Shown piece by piece: positions 47,221 to 56,982 of a stretch of DNA of 64,000 nt (the first letter of the stretch is position 1; every line of letters starts with the position of its first letter). The notes beneath the pieces were generated by a model. The model searched no databases. It had not been told where the DNA came from and was given only the letters and a program-made list of their open reading frames with translations. Where the stretch lies: the IMG/VR virus record IMGVR_UViG_3300011429_000087, positions 32,001 through 96,000 of that record. One strand, given 5' to 3'. This DNA is from a virus (lineage: Duplodnaviria > Caudoviricetes). A program made the position numbers and the translations under genes.

Positions 47221-48274
47221 AACAGTAGGATATTCTGGTACAGATAGAACTGCACAATTAATGTGTAAATATCTAGCAAAAGATCCTCGTTTCGAACCAT
47301 TTTTGGTTTATAGAACTGATGGTGATAATTCTCGCCTAGAGATTATGCGTGATATTCTAGGTGATAGCCACGTAGTACCCTACGAATGGGTGCCAGGAAA
47401 GAAGGGACGAAATTCGCCATATCTTCCAGAGTCCGATAATCTATACGAAGTAATTAAAAAGATCAATCCTGATATCATGCACGTTCATAGGTCTGGTTAT
47501 CAGGAATGGCCTTTACGATATATCGCTCCTAAAGCAAAATGGGTAGAAACAAATATTTTTGGATTCGGAGACAAATCAAACGATATTGATCGGCACATCT
47601 ATATATCTGATTTTATTCGTAACACCGCCCTTAAGTGTGGAAATCCACACGGCCCAACACTATACAATCCTATTGAATCACCCGTCCCACATAACGAATT
47701 GTCGCCGATTTCATTCAAGCAGGAATTAGGATTCTGGCACGACACCATTCTTTTGGGTAGAATTGGAAGACCTGACAACTTTGACCCGATTGCCTTACGG
47801 GCATTTGCACAACTAGAACAGGAGAATCCGAACGCTCATTATCTCGTAGTTAACGCTTGCCACAACTGGATCAGCACCGCTAAACAACTTGGTATCAAGA
47901 ATATTACGTTCTTACCGGCCATCATTGACGATAAATTACTGTCTCGTTTTTATCAAAGCCTAGATATTTATGCACACGCCAGAAGCGATGGTGAATGTTG
48001 TCCGTGCAATATTCAGGAAGCCATGATGCATGGATTACCAGTTGTCTCACATAGGAGCACCATCTATAATGGACAGTCTGAGATTATTGGGGATTCTGGT
48101 TTCGTAGTTCCTGTGGGCGACAACGAAGCTTATTATCAAGTTCTTAAAGCACTTGTGGAAGACGCTGGATTAAGAAAACAATTCGGCGAAAAGGCCGCAA
48201 CTCGGGCGAATCAATTCTTTAGAGCGGATATTATTGTTGACAGACTTAAAGAGATTTATTATGAAATCATTTAA
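47189..48274 (+). CDS. GT4 glycosyltransferase (paralog of 44162..45298)
   Basis: LGRIGRPD, AHARSDGECCPCNIQEAMMHGLPVVS. Confidence 0.9.
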   Translation: MTKIRIVHHSKTVGYSGTDRTAQLMCKYLAKDPRFEPFLVYRTDGDNSRLEIMRDILGDSHVVPYEWVPGKKGRNSPYLPESDNLYEVIKKINPDIMHVHRSGYQEWPLRYIAPKAKWVETNIFGFGDKSNDIDRHIYISDFIRNTALKCGNPHGPTLYNPIESPVPHNELSPISFKQELGFWHDTILLGRIGRPDNFDPIALRAFAQLEQENPNAHYLVVNACHNWISTAKQLGIKNITFLPAIIDDKLLSRFYQSLDIYAHARSDGECCPCNIQEAMMHGLPVVSHRSTIYNGQSEIIGDSGFVVPVGDNEAYYQVLKALVEDAGLRKQFGEKAATRANQFFRADIIVDRLKEIYYEII

Positions 48275-48455
48275 TTATAGTGATGAAATGAATGCATTTC
48301 AGGCACTGATTGTATCTATGCGAACTCTTCGTCAAAGATATTCCTTAAAAAATCCAATAATATATGTAGAGTTACCAGAAATTTTACATGATTCGTTTTA
48401 TGAGTGCCACGAATGGATAGATAGACTCGCTGGATGTAGGAGTAAATTATTATGA
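48261..48455 (+). CDS. Small hypothetical protein
   Basis: Fills the gap between GT genes, with an ATGA overlap to the next gene. Confidence 0.5.
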   Translation: MKSFNYSDEMNAFQALIVSMRTLRQRYSLKNPIIYVELPEILHDSFYECHEWIDRLAGCRSKLL

Positions 48456-49180
48456 CCAAAATAATCTCTTTTTGTTTATTTGGGGATAAACCCCAATATA
48501 CCATCGGTGCTATTAAGAATGCAAAACTTGCAAAAGAAATATATGACGGTTGGGAGTGTTGGTTTTATTTTAATTCACAAGAGCTAGACGAAAGAGAAGA
48601 TAAAGACGATCCAATATACATCGAACTTTCCCGTATGAACCATGTTAAGTTAATTGGTGTTAATAGAGAACAACACCATTTAATGTTAAGTAGATTTCAA
48701 GCAATTGATTGGAAGTGTAATCCCGAAAAACTTTATCCACCATTCGAAGAAAATGTCAGTGTGATGCTTTCTCGCGACTGCGATTCTCGTCTCTCTTTAA
48801 GAGAAAAGTTAGCGGTTGATAAGTGGCTGGCAAGCGACAAACAATTTCTAGTTTTAAAGGACCATCCCTGGCACGCGGGCGTGCCCGTCCTGGGCGGGCT
48901 ATGGGGCGTTAAAGCTGGTCTTTTGCACAACATGAGCCAAATGATTAATGACTTTATCCTGGAAGATCCTACGAACGCTTGGCAGTGTGACCAAAAGTTT
49001 TTAACCGACAAGATTTGGCCCAAAGTTGCCCACACGGCGATGGTTTTTGATCCCTTTTATGGCGGACTTAATTATCCTATTCCAAGGGATAGTTTTGAAT
49101 TCTGTGGTGCTACTCATGACGAAAACGATAAAATCCCTCAGAATCAGATAGATGAACTTGGGAAATATTGGAGAGCTTAA
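48452..49180 (+). CDS. Putative GT-A fold glycosyltransferase (KIISF.L.G...SRD.DSR family)
   Basis: KIISFCLFG..YTIGAIKN, SRDCDSRLSLRE (DxD), DHPWH..VLGGLWG, DQKFL. Family seen in viral glycan loci. Confidence 0.6.
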   Translation: MTKIISFCLFGDKPQYTIGAIKNAKLAKEIYDGWECWFYFNSQELDEREDKDDPIYIELSRMNHVKLIGVNREQHHLMLSRFQAIDWKCNPEKLYPPFEENVSVMLSRDCDSRLSLREKLAVDKWLASDKQFLVLKDHPWHAGVPVLGGLWGVKAGLLHNMSQMINDFILEDPTNAWQCDQKFLTDKIWPKVAHTAMVFDPFYGGLNYPIPRDSFEFCGATHDENDKIPQNQIDELGKYWRA

Positions 49181-49551
49181 TGAAAGAATTCATTGATAAA
49201 CAGTGTCCAGATTGTAAAGCTTGGATGGATGATCTTAAGGGACATTTATGTGACCCCGAAGAATCTAAGAGATTAAATGAACTGGCGGAAAGCATGGGCG
49301 GTCATTGGAATTATCGTGTTTGTACCTTTATCTCTAAAGAGGGGCACCCTAAAATTGGCGTCTTTGAAGTTTATTATAATAAAGATAATACGCCTAAAAT
49401 GCGAAGTGCCGAACCTGAAATTTCATGGTTCGTGGATAATTGTGGCGACGAGAATACTCCTGAATCTTGTAAGAAAACCGCTCAATGGGATCTTAAATGT
49501 ATGCTTAAGGCTTTTAGGGCTCCAACTTTAGACGGTGAAAAGGATTTCTAA
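49180..49551 (+). CDS. Hypothetical protein
   Basis: TAATG coupling on both sides. WNYRV...FEVYYNKD motif. Confidence 0.6.
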   Translation: MKEFIDKQCPDCKAWMDDLKGHLCDPEESKRLNELAESMGGHWNYRVCTFISKEGHPKIGVFEVYYNKDNTPKMRSAEPEISWFVDNCGDENTPESCKKTAQWDLKCMLKAFRAPTLDGEKDF

Positions 49552-50147
49552 TGGTCGACGGTTATCAGTATAACGAGGGAGAAATAATTACCGAATTCTT
49601 CGGTAAACCTCCATATACCCAAAAGGAAGATTGGAAGTATCTTGTAGATATTGGGGCCGCCGACGGTGTAGATAATTCTAACTCGCGAGAACTTCTTAAA
49701 TGGTCTTGGAATGGATTATTAGTCGAACCAAATCCTCAATATTTCCGCGACCTTTTAAAACTCTATTCTGGCGATGCCATACACGGATTAACCCGAAATG
49801 TTAAACTTTCTCACTACGCCATCTCTGATGTTCCTGGCCGCAAACGTTTCTATTTAAATAATCAATGCTCGTCTTTAGTCTATCCTATCGGCCCAACGGT
49901 TGAAGTTGAGGCTGTTACCCTCACCGATCTCTTTACTCTTTACAAGGTTCCAACATATTTCGAGTTTATGTCAATTGACTGTGAAGGTCACGATATGGCA
50001 GTTCTTCGTTCGCTAGATTGGAAACGTTGGTCGATAGATTTGGTATGTATCGAGCATAGTATGGATAAGAAAGAGTTGGACGATTTTATGAAATCGGTAG
50101 GATATAAATTACACCGAAGGACACAAGGAAATTCATTTTATGCTTAA
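49551..50147 (+). CDS. FkbM-family methyltransferase
   Basis: LVDIGAADG..SNS..WNGLLVEPNP, FMSIDCEGHDMAVL. Confidence 0.9.
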   Translation: MVDGYQYNEGEIITEFFGKPPYTQKEDWKYLVDIGAADGVDNSNSRELLKWSWNGLLVEPNPQYFRDLLKLYSGDAIHGLTRNVKLSHYAISDVPGRKRFYLNNQCSSLVYPIGPTVEVEAVTLTDLFTLYKVPTYFEFMSIDCEGHDMAVLRSLDWKRWSIDLVCIEHSMDKKELDDFMKSVGYKLHRRTQGNSFYA

Positions 50148-50400
50148 AAGAGTGAAAGAATTATTTGAAGTTATTAAGAATGCAGAAGCGGAACTAAAAG
50201 AGATTCGGGATAAGTGCAAGCACAAAAAGACGTTTGTTGGTAATTGGAGCAATAGGCCAGGACAGATTTGTACTGCCAATATTTGTGAACGATGCCAAAA
50301 CTTTGTTTCTCTAGCTCCTTCACAGGATCTTAATATCTTTGGCTGTTCTGACACGTCGTGGAATAACTATACAGCCGGAAACAAGTTGTTCGGTCCATGA
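50140..50400 (+). CDS. Small Zn-ribbon hypothetical protein
   Basis: CKH...CERC motifs. Overlaps both neighbours. Confidence 0.55.
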   Translation: MLKRVKELFEVIKNAEAELKEIRDKCKHKKTFVGNWSNRPGQICTANICERCQNFVSLAPSQDLNIFGCSDTSWNNYTAGNKLFGP

Positions 50401-51257
50401 AAATTCTAATTAGTTATCGCGGTGCCCCACGCATTCGCGGATGGGAAACCGGAGCTTTAGTGGCTAAAGCCTTTCGTAAATTAGGTCACGAAGTAGATGA
50501 ATATGCTAAAATTTATGAACATGATCTATGGCTATCTGCTCATGAGGACGTACTATCCAAAGAATATGATCTACATATTTACTGCGAATGCAATGATAAT
50601 GATAAACAATATTTTGAACTTAAATATATAAATGCCAAACGTCACGTCGCGTGGTTATTTGATGTAGCTATGAATCCTCAAGGTTATAAGGATTTAGTTA
50701 CCTACATGGAATTTGACCATTGCTATGTGGCGAATCCAGATTTCTTAACAGCGTTTTCATGCCCCGCAAGTTATCTTCCATATGCCGCCGATCAAGAATT
50801 TTTCTATCGTCCTCTAACTACGTTAAAAACGATAGATGTTTGTCTGGTTGGATCTGATCGTCCAGAAAGACGAGACTTAATTGCCGTTCTTAAAAAGAAC
50901 GGTATAAATGCCGAACTAATTTCTGGAGTCTTTAAAGAAGACTATATTAATATGCTTGCAGCGAGCAAAATAGTTATCAACGATATTGCTGGGGGCGGAG
51001 CAAACCTACTTTCCATGAGGACTTTTGAAGCTCCGGCCGCAGGAGCATTATTACTTCAGGCAATTACGCCAGCACTTTATGGTGTTCTAGAAGATGGTAT
51101 TTGTTGTGCCACCTTTAGAGATCAAGCTTCGCTCGTTGGTGGATGCAAATATTATTTAGAACATCAAAGCGACCGTACGATCATGACAAAGAACGGACAA
51201 TATTGGGTACTCAATCACGAATCCTATACAAATAGAGCATTAAAGATATTAAGATGA
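50397..51257 (+). CDS. CgeB-like (Glyco_trans_1_2) glycosyltransferase
   Basis: YLPYAAD, IDVCLVGS..PER, SKIVIN...MRTFEAPAAGALLL, SYTNRA. Confidence 0.88.
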   Translation: MKILISYRGAPRIRGWETGALVAKAFRKLGHEVDEYAKIYEHDLWLSAHEDVLSKEYDLHIYCECNDNDKQYFELKYINAKRHVAWLFDVAMNPQGYKDLVTYMEFDHCYVANPDFLTAFSCPASYLPYAADQEFFYRPLTTLKTIDVCLVGSDRPERRDLIAVLKKNGINAELISGVFKEDYINMLAASKIVINDIAGGGANLLSMRTFEAPAAGALLLQAITPALYGVLEDGICCATFRDQASLVGGCKYYLEHQSDRTIMTKNGQYWVLNHESYTNRALKILR

Positions 51258-51943
51258 CAGTTGATACATTAATCTGTGTACATAGCACAACACCCAAGAA
51301 CGACTCTCTTCTTCAGGGGGCCGTACGTTCTGTCTTAGGATCTTCTGTTAGACCTGATAATTTAATCATTGTCTATGATGCTTGTTGGGAAGATACACAA
51401 AAGACTCTAGAAAGTGTCTTTGATGACTCGATTCATTATTGGGATTATGTTGAACTAGGACCAACACGTTATATACCAGTAAGTAAGCCAATAAAGCAAG
51501 GTTTGGCTGTAGCCAAAAATTTTGGTCTTAAGTTTTGTACTAGCGATATAGTTACATATTGTGATGCAGACGATGAATGGATGAATAGTAAGCTAGAACT
51601 TCAGAAAAAATTCATAGAAGATTCTGGAGTAGATTTCTGTTTTACTCAATCATGGGATATTCGTTCTGATTATGCACTTGTGCCGAACTGTTTTCCAGTT
51701 GGCTATGCCAATACTCACGAAAAGATTGCCGAGAAGATATTTACTGAAAACTGTCTATGCCACGGCTCGATGGCCGCAAAAAGATCGGTATTAGGGGCTC
51801 TGGAAGGGTATAATACGGATAGACGATTTTTGGGCCGCGAAGATTGGGAATTATGGCAAAGAGCATTCCAGGCTGGCTATAAATTCTTCAATATCCCGGA
51901 AAGATTATATTGTTACCGTTTAGGTACAAGCGTGGAGAGATAA
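51254..51943 (+). CDS. GT2 glycosyltransferase
   Basis: GLAVAKNFGL..DIVTYCDADDEW..KLELQ, EDWELWQR. Confidence 0.9.
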   Translation: MTVDTLICVHSTTPKNDSLLQGAVRSVLGSSVRPDNLIIVYDACWEDTQKTLESVFDDSIHYWDYVELGPTRYIPVSKPIKQGLAVAKNFGLKFCTSDIVTYCDADDEWMNSKLELQKKFIEDSGVDFCFTQSWDIRSDYALVPNCFPVGYANTHEKIAEKIFTENCLCHGSMAAKRSVLGALEGYNTDRRFLGREDWELWQRAFQAGYKFFNIPERLYCYRLGTSVER

Positions 51944-51944
51944 A

Positions 51945-52232
51945 ATGTGCGTTGTATCAATGATCGGAGATCATTTCGGTGGAGAATGGATTAAGAAACC
52001 CTGGATTATTTGGCCGATGCTTCCAGACCAGCCCTATCAGATCAATATCTCTAATATTTCTAGGGAAGAATTTGAAACTCTTAAAAAAGAGGTCCAGCTT
52101 TTGAGAGACTTGTTAATTAAGGCGATAGCTTATGATAAGGCAAATGGCGAACCTCATTGTGAGAAGCCAGAGAAAGTTAAATTACTTAAAGATATTGCGA
52201 AAGCATTAGGAGTAGAATTAAATGGATTTTAA
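51945..52232 (+). CDS. Hypothetical protein
   Basis: GGAG RBS. MCVVSMIGD...YDKANGEPHCE motif typical of small phage proteins. Confidence 0.65.
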   Translation: MCVVSMIGDHFGGEWIKKPWIIWPMLPDQPYQINISNISREEFETLKKEVQLLRDLLIKAIAYDKANGEPHCEKPEKVKLLKDIAKALGVELNGF

Positions 52233-52554
52233 AGATTATCAGGAAAAAACTGCCACCACGGCTATTTATCCTGGACGGGGTACAATCAATGGGGTGCTTT
52301 ATACAGCCCTAGGACTTGGCGAAACTGGCGAAGTACAGGGTAAGGTAAAAAAGATTCTACGAGATAATAATGGTATTATTTCAGCGGAAACAGTTTCAGC
52401 CATTAAAGGTGAATTAGGCGATTGCCTCTGGTATATTTCCCAACTTTCAAGCGAACTAGGTCTTGATTTAAATACAGTTGCTCAAGAAAATTTACAGAAA
52501 TTAGCAGATAGAGCGGCGAGAGGAACTCTTAAGGGTTCTGGAGACAATAGATGA
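52222..52554 (+). CDS. MazG-like nucleotide pyrophosphohydrolase
   Basis: YQ..TAIYP..LGLGETGEV..KVKK..RD..ELGDCLWY..NLQKL..R..RG...GSGDNR. Confidence 0.92.
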   Translation: MDFKDYQEKTATTAIYPGRGTINGVLYTALGLGETGEVQGKVKKILRDNNGIISAETVSAIKGELGDCLWYISQLSSELGLDLNTVAQENLQKLADRAARGTLKGSGDNR

Positions 52555-52949
52555 GAAATAAGTTACCACCTAGGCTAAAATTACAACTTATATGGTTTAA
52601 GATTAAAAAACATATTTGGTGTCGGTGGTTTAAAAAATGGCATCGACGCTGTTATCCAGAAGTTTGGGTTGGTGGAGATATTACTCGATACCATTGTTTT
52701 GATTGTATGCCATGTGGATTTTTCATGGATCACTTATCAGAGATTATTAAATATAATGACCACGGACCAGAATGTCGAGACTGTCTACTTCCTTATATAA
52801 ATTTTGATTTAGATACGACGCTACCTGATGATCAGTGGCGAGAAGTAAGTAAGGGTGTTGACTTATTATGTGCTAATTGTATAGTGAAGCGAGCTTCTAA
52901 ATTACCTGGAGTAGTTGCGACACGCATGGTAATAGAGATTGTAAAATGA
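52551..52949 (+). CDS. Cys-rich hypothetical protein
   Basis: CFDC, CRDC and CANC motifs. ATGA overlaps on both sides. Confidence 0.6.
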   Translation: MRNKLPPRLKLQLIWFKIKKHIWCRWFKKWHRRCYPEVWVGGDITRYHCFDCMPCGFFMDHLSEIIKYNDHGPECRDCLLPYINFDLDTTLPDDQWREVSKGVDLLCANCIVKRASKLPGVVATRMVIEIVK

Positions 52950-53917
52950 TACGCCTAATGTATGCAGGTCTTCTTTATGATTATGGAGAGCCCGATAAAG
53001 GCTACTCTTACGAGCATAATAATATCGAAGCTGGTCTACAAGATTGCGAGGATAGAAAACTAATATCGCTACAACGGTTTCATATTGACGCATTTCGTAA
53101 ATCTACTAGTCGAGAAGCATCTTATAAATGGTTAGAGAATGAGATTAGAAATAAATCATTCGACATCTTATTTTATGTAGCCTTTAATGAAAGCTATGAT
53201 ATTCCTACCGAACTATTAAACTTGTGCCGCGACTTCGGTATCAAGACTGTTCAGTGGGATTGCGATTCTTCGTGGCGTTTCCAAAACTGGATTTTACCAC
53301 GCAAGAATTTATTTGACTACTTTATTACTACTCATTCACAAGCTGTTCCTTGGTATCAAGCCGCAGGTATGAAAGTGATCCATTCTCAGTGGGGTGGATC
53401 GCCATTATACTCGGAAGACTTTAGTGTATTTAAAAAGCATGATATTTCTTTCGTCGGGCAATTGCATGGTGTGCGTGGACAAATTATGCGTAAATTAATG
53501 GACGCCGGTTTAAATATAAAGATTTGGGGCAATTATTGGAATAATTATACGAATTGGCAAGGATATTTAACCGATTTTGGAGCGATGCTTAAAGTTTTTC
53601 AGGAATCTAAAATCTGTTTAAATCTATCTAATCCTTGGCACGTTGGGACGATGTCTCAGATAAAAGGTAGACACTTCGAAATTCCAAAAGCTGGAGGATT
53701 TCAATTATCTACTCCGGCTGATAATTTGGAGAACTATTTCGTTCCTGGAAAAGAAATTGTCCTTGCTAATGATATCAATGAACTTGTTGACAGATGTAAG
53801 TATTATCTTGACCATGAAGAAGAAAGACAATCTATAGCGATAGCTGGTTGGGAACGTACCCAAAAGGAACATCTTTGGCATCATAGATTTGAAAAGATAT
53901 TAAAGGAAATTGCATGA
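52946..53917 (+). CDS. CgeB-like (Glyco_trans_1_2) glycosyltransferase
   Basis: WDCDSSWR, HDISFVGQ..R, SKICLNL...QIKGRHFEIP..GGFQL, HLWHHRF. Confidence 0.9.
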   Translation: MIRLMYAGLLYDYGEPDKGYSYEHNNIEAGLQDCEDRKLISLQRFHIDAFRKSTSREASYKWLENEIRNKSFDILFYVAFNESYDIPTELLNLCRDFGIKTVQWDCDSSWRFQNWILPRKNLFDYFITTHSQAVPWYQAAGMKVIHSQWGGSPLYSEDFSVFKKHDISFVGQLHGVRGQIMRKLMDAGLNIKIWGNYWNNYTNWQGYLTDFGAMLKVFQESKICLNLSNPWHVGTMSQIKGRHFEIPKAGGFQLSTPADNLENYFVPGKEIVLANDINELVDRCKYYLDHEEERQSIAIAGWERTQKEHLWHHRFEKILKEIA

Positions 53918-54687
53918 GTTGGACTAAAGAAGAAATTGTAATCTTAAAAGATAGTTATGGAAAAATGCCATCTACTAAAATGCCATTAAATAAAAAATCG
54001 GCTACGATTAGGGCAATGGCAAATCGTTTGGGATTAGAAATTAATACACAAAAAAGCTATGGGAAATATTTCTATGATACTGACTTCTTCTCAGAACCTA
54101 ATATTATCAACTCTTATTATGCCGGTTTTATAGCTGCCGACGGTTGTATTACACAATATAGTAAAAAACGTTATGGATTAGAAATTAAGATTCAAAAACG
54201 TGACGAAAGAATATTGCAAAATTTTAAAAAAGATGTTCATTTTACTGGGCCAATATCATTTGTCAAACGAGCATTACCAAATTATCAAGACTGTGTTCGT
54301 ATTAGAATATCATTGGACGATAGAACCTTGAATGATCTAAAACATCACTTTAATATTACGCCTCAAAAATCAAATATCTTAAAACCTCCATTAATTAATA
54401 ATATCAACGCTCTATCTTTTATTATTGGATATATTGATGGTGATGGCTGGATTTCAAAAAATCCAGACGTAGTTGGGGCAATTGGCACATATGATTTATT
54501 AGGTTGGATAAAGGAAAAATTTGATATATTAGTACCAAATCAACATTATAAGATATCTAAAGTTAATTATAAATATAAAAATCAAGGACATTATATTGTT
54601 GAAGGGGAACGTGCCAGAAATTTGGTTCGCAATTTAAATAAAATTAACGTACCTATCAAATTAGAAAGAAAATGGAATAAAATATGA
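53914..54687 (+). CDS. Free-standing two-motif LAGLIDADG homing endonuclease
   Basis: YYAGFIAADGCI and FIIGYIDGDGWI. AT-rich. No intein or intron signals seen. Confidence 0.9.
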   Translation: MSWTKEEIVILKDSYGKMPSTKMPLNKKSATIRAMANRLGLEINTQKSYGKYFYDTDFFSEPNIINSYYAGFIAADGCITQYSKKRYGLEIKIQKRDERILQNFKKDVHFTGPISFVKRALPNYQDCVRIRISLDDRTLNDLKHHFNITPQKSNILKPPLINNINALSFIIGYIDGDGWISKNPDVVGAIGTYDLLGWIKEKFDILVPNQHYKISKVNYKYKNQGHYIVEGERARNLVRNLNKINVPIKLERKWNKI

Positions 54688-54691
54688 AAAT

Positions 54692-55138
54692 ATTAAAATT
54701 GATCTGTTCGGTAATTATTGGGATGGTTATCCTAACTGGAACGGCTACCTCACAGACTTTAGTGCGATGCTCAGGGTATTCCAACAATCTAAAATCTGCC
54801 TCAATTTATCCAATCCCTGGCACGTTGGGACTATGCCTCAAATCAAGGGAAGACATTTTGAAATCCCACAGTGCGGAGCTTTTCAGATTAGTACACCCGC
54901 AGATGACATCAACAGTTATTTTATCCCCGGGAAAGAAATTGTCATTGGCAACGATATTGAATCGCTTGCCGCCGCCTGTAAGAGTTACATTAATGCAGAC
55001 GGCGAGCGGGAGATTATTGCAAAAGCGGGTTATGACAGGATGTTGCGGGACCACCAATGGTTTAATCGTTTTGAGAAAATACTAAAATGCATTACCTTGT
55101 CAGTGAAACCCTTAAGGCTATCGAACAGGCCCCACTAG
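54692..55138 (+). pseudogene. Orphan duplicate C-terminal ~130 aa of the CgeB-like GT 52946..53917
   Basis: Frame of the 54767 ORF extended upstream reads IKIDLFGNYWDGYPNWNGYLTDFSAMLRVFQQSKICLNLSNPWHVGTMPQIKGRHFEIP...RFEKILK, colinear with ~53510-53905. Confidence 0.85.
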
Positions 55139-55740
55139 GACTTAAATTTGTTCTTCCAGATGAAGTAGCAGGATGGTGTCCTATAGAACTAGGATCTGTT
55201 CTTGGTACACTTCTATTATCTGGTGATAGAAAATACTTAGAAGTTGGTACTTTTTGTGGACGAAGTTTAATTTATGCACTTCGTACAAATAAAAATACTA
55301 AGGCGTATGTTATAGATCCACTATTAGATTCAATGAAGGTCGCCAATTCTAATGTCTGGCTTCATTGGAGTAAAAATGTCGTTGACTATGAGATTAAAGA
55401 TCAAATAACTTTATATCGCGAGCGTATCGAACATTTTCAGGGAGAAATTAAAGATATTGATATAGCATTTGTAGATGGTAATCATGACTCCGGCCACACA
55501 TACGAAGCACTTAAAAAAGTACAAAATTATCTTGCCGATAATGCCATAATAATTGTAGATGATTATGAAATCTTTGGTGGTCCCGGACAAACTCCATTTC
55601 CAGGGTATGAGGTTGATCTTGAAAAGCCCGTAAAAACAGATGTTCATAAATATCTAGCAGATACGCCGGAAGTTACGGTGATTGCCTATACGCCGTGGCT
55701 CAATTCTCAAATCTATTTACATTTTCAGAGGGCTAAGTGA
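55087..55740 (+). CDS. Class I SAM methyltransferase (Methyltransf_24-like)
   Basis: YLEVGTFCGRS, IDIAFVDGNH, IIIVDD. Confidence 0.88.
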   Translation: MHYLVSETLKAIEQAPLGLKFVLPDEVAGWCPIELGSVLGTLLLSGDRKYLEVGTFCGRSLIYALRTNKNTKAYVIDPLLDSMKVANSNVWLHWSKNVVDYEIKDQITLYRERIEHFQGEIKDIDIAFVDGNHDSGHTYEALKKVQNYLADNAIIIVDDYEIFGGPGQTPFPGYEVDLEKPVKTDVHKYLADTPEVTVIAYTPWLNSQIYLHFQRAK

Positions 55741-56363
55741 GTAATTTAATATTTATGGACGTTGGGGCGAATACAGGACAATCTTTAGAAGCTGCCCTTC
55801 TATATCCTTTTGATACTATATATTGCTTTGAACCAGTAAAGAAGTTTTATTCTGAATTAACTAAAGTGGCACGGAATAATTTTAAAGGATCTGTAATATT
55901 TAATAACTTTGGCTTATATAATGACCATAAACGATTACCTATCTATGGACCAGTAGATGGTCCAGATGGATATGCTGCCAGTATTTATTCCGACCATCAA
56001 GATGTAAAGGATGGCATAGAGATGTGTACGTTTCTCGATGTTAATGACTGGATGAGAACAAATCTATCTTATGGTGATGCAGTAATTATGAAGTTAAACT
56101 GTGAAGGTGCAGAAGTTGATATTGTTAATAGACTATTAGATACAAACATATTTAGATATATGGCAAATGTAATGATAGATTTTGATGCAGTAAAAATTCC
56201 ATCTAAAAAAGCTGAAGTAGCACCACTAATGACACGCTTAAAACCATTTAAGAATTATGTACTAGCAGAACAGGTTATGCACGGTGCAACTCATAAAGAT
56301 AGAATCTGTAATTGGCTCAATAAATTAGGATTAAAACAAAATGAACAAGTGGCGAAATCGTAA
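55737..56363 (+). CDS. FkbM-family methyltransferase
   Basis: FMDVGANTGQ, IYCFEP, MKLNCEGAE. Confidence 0.88.
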   Translation: MSNLIFMDVGANTGQSLEAALLYPFDTIYCFEPVKKFYSELTKVARNNFKGSVIFNNFGLYNDHKRLPIYGPVDGPDGYAASIYSDHQDVKDGIEMCTFLDVNDWMRTNLSYGDAVIMKLNCEGAEVDIVNRLLDTNIFRYMANVMIDFDAVKIPSKKAEVAPLMTRLKPFKNYVLAEQVMHGATHKDRICNWLNKLGLKQNEQVAKS

Positions 56364-56982
56364 AGACAATCACGACTTCATGAAACCAGATCATGTTGCT
56401 CAGTTCCTTCGCAATCATAATACTGGTGTTAACAATCTAGGCAGACTTTATTTAGCTTCGATCATTTCTCAACACGGCCCTGGCACGACAGTTCTAGATG
56501 CGGCCTGTGGCTCATGTGTCAATTATGAGGTATTTAAAAATCATCATGTCAAATGTCACTATACCGGTCTTGATCGTACTGAAAAACTTCTTGAAGAAGC
56601 TAAGTGTCGTTATCACGACGAGATTACGCTTATTAAAGGATTTGTTCAGGAAATCCCCCTTCCAGACGAAAGCCAAGACATTGTTATCCTCCGTCATATC
56701 TTAGAGCATCTTGAGGAAGGATATGAATTAGCTATTAAAGATGCACTTCGGGTGGCGAAAAAAGAAGTTATCGCCGTGTTTTTTCTAACGCCCAATACTG
56801 GCGAAACCGACCAACTAGAACAATCATCGCCAGACGAGAATGGTTGCACGTATTGGTGGAACACATATAGCTGGAATAAGTTTGTGCGATTCGTGGCTTC
56901 ATTAGGCCATCAAGTACAAGTCAGATATGTGCTAACGCCCGGGGCCGCACACGCGGACACAATCGTTAGGATCATCAAATAA
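56341..56982 (+). CDS. Class I SAM methyltransferase
   Basis: VLDAACGS, YTGLD, IPLPDESQDIVILRHILEHL. Confidence 0.88.
   Translation: MNKWRNRKDNHDFMKPDHVAQFLRNHNTGVNNLGRLYLASIISQHGPGTTVLDAACGSCVNYEVFKNHHVKCHYTGLDRTEKLLEEAKCRYHDEITLIKGFVQEIPLPDESQDIVILRHILEHLEEGYELAIKDALRVAKKEVIAVFFLTPNTGETDQLEQSSPDENGCTYWWNTYSWNKFVRFVASLGHQVQVRYVLTPGAAHADTIVRIIK

Noticed and set aside
54684-55085. 133-aa ORF coupled to the LAGLIDADG stop
   Set aside because: It is an out-of-frame shadow of the duplicated GT C-terminus. No canonical slippery heptamer links its ATG to the GT frame.
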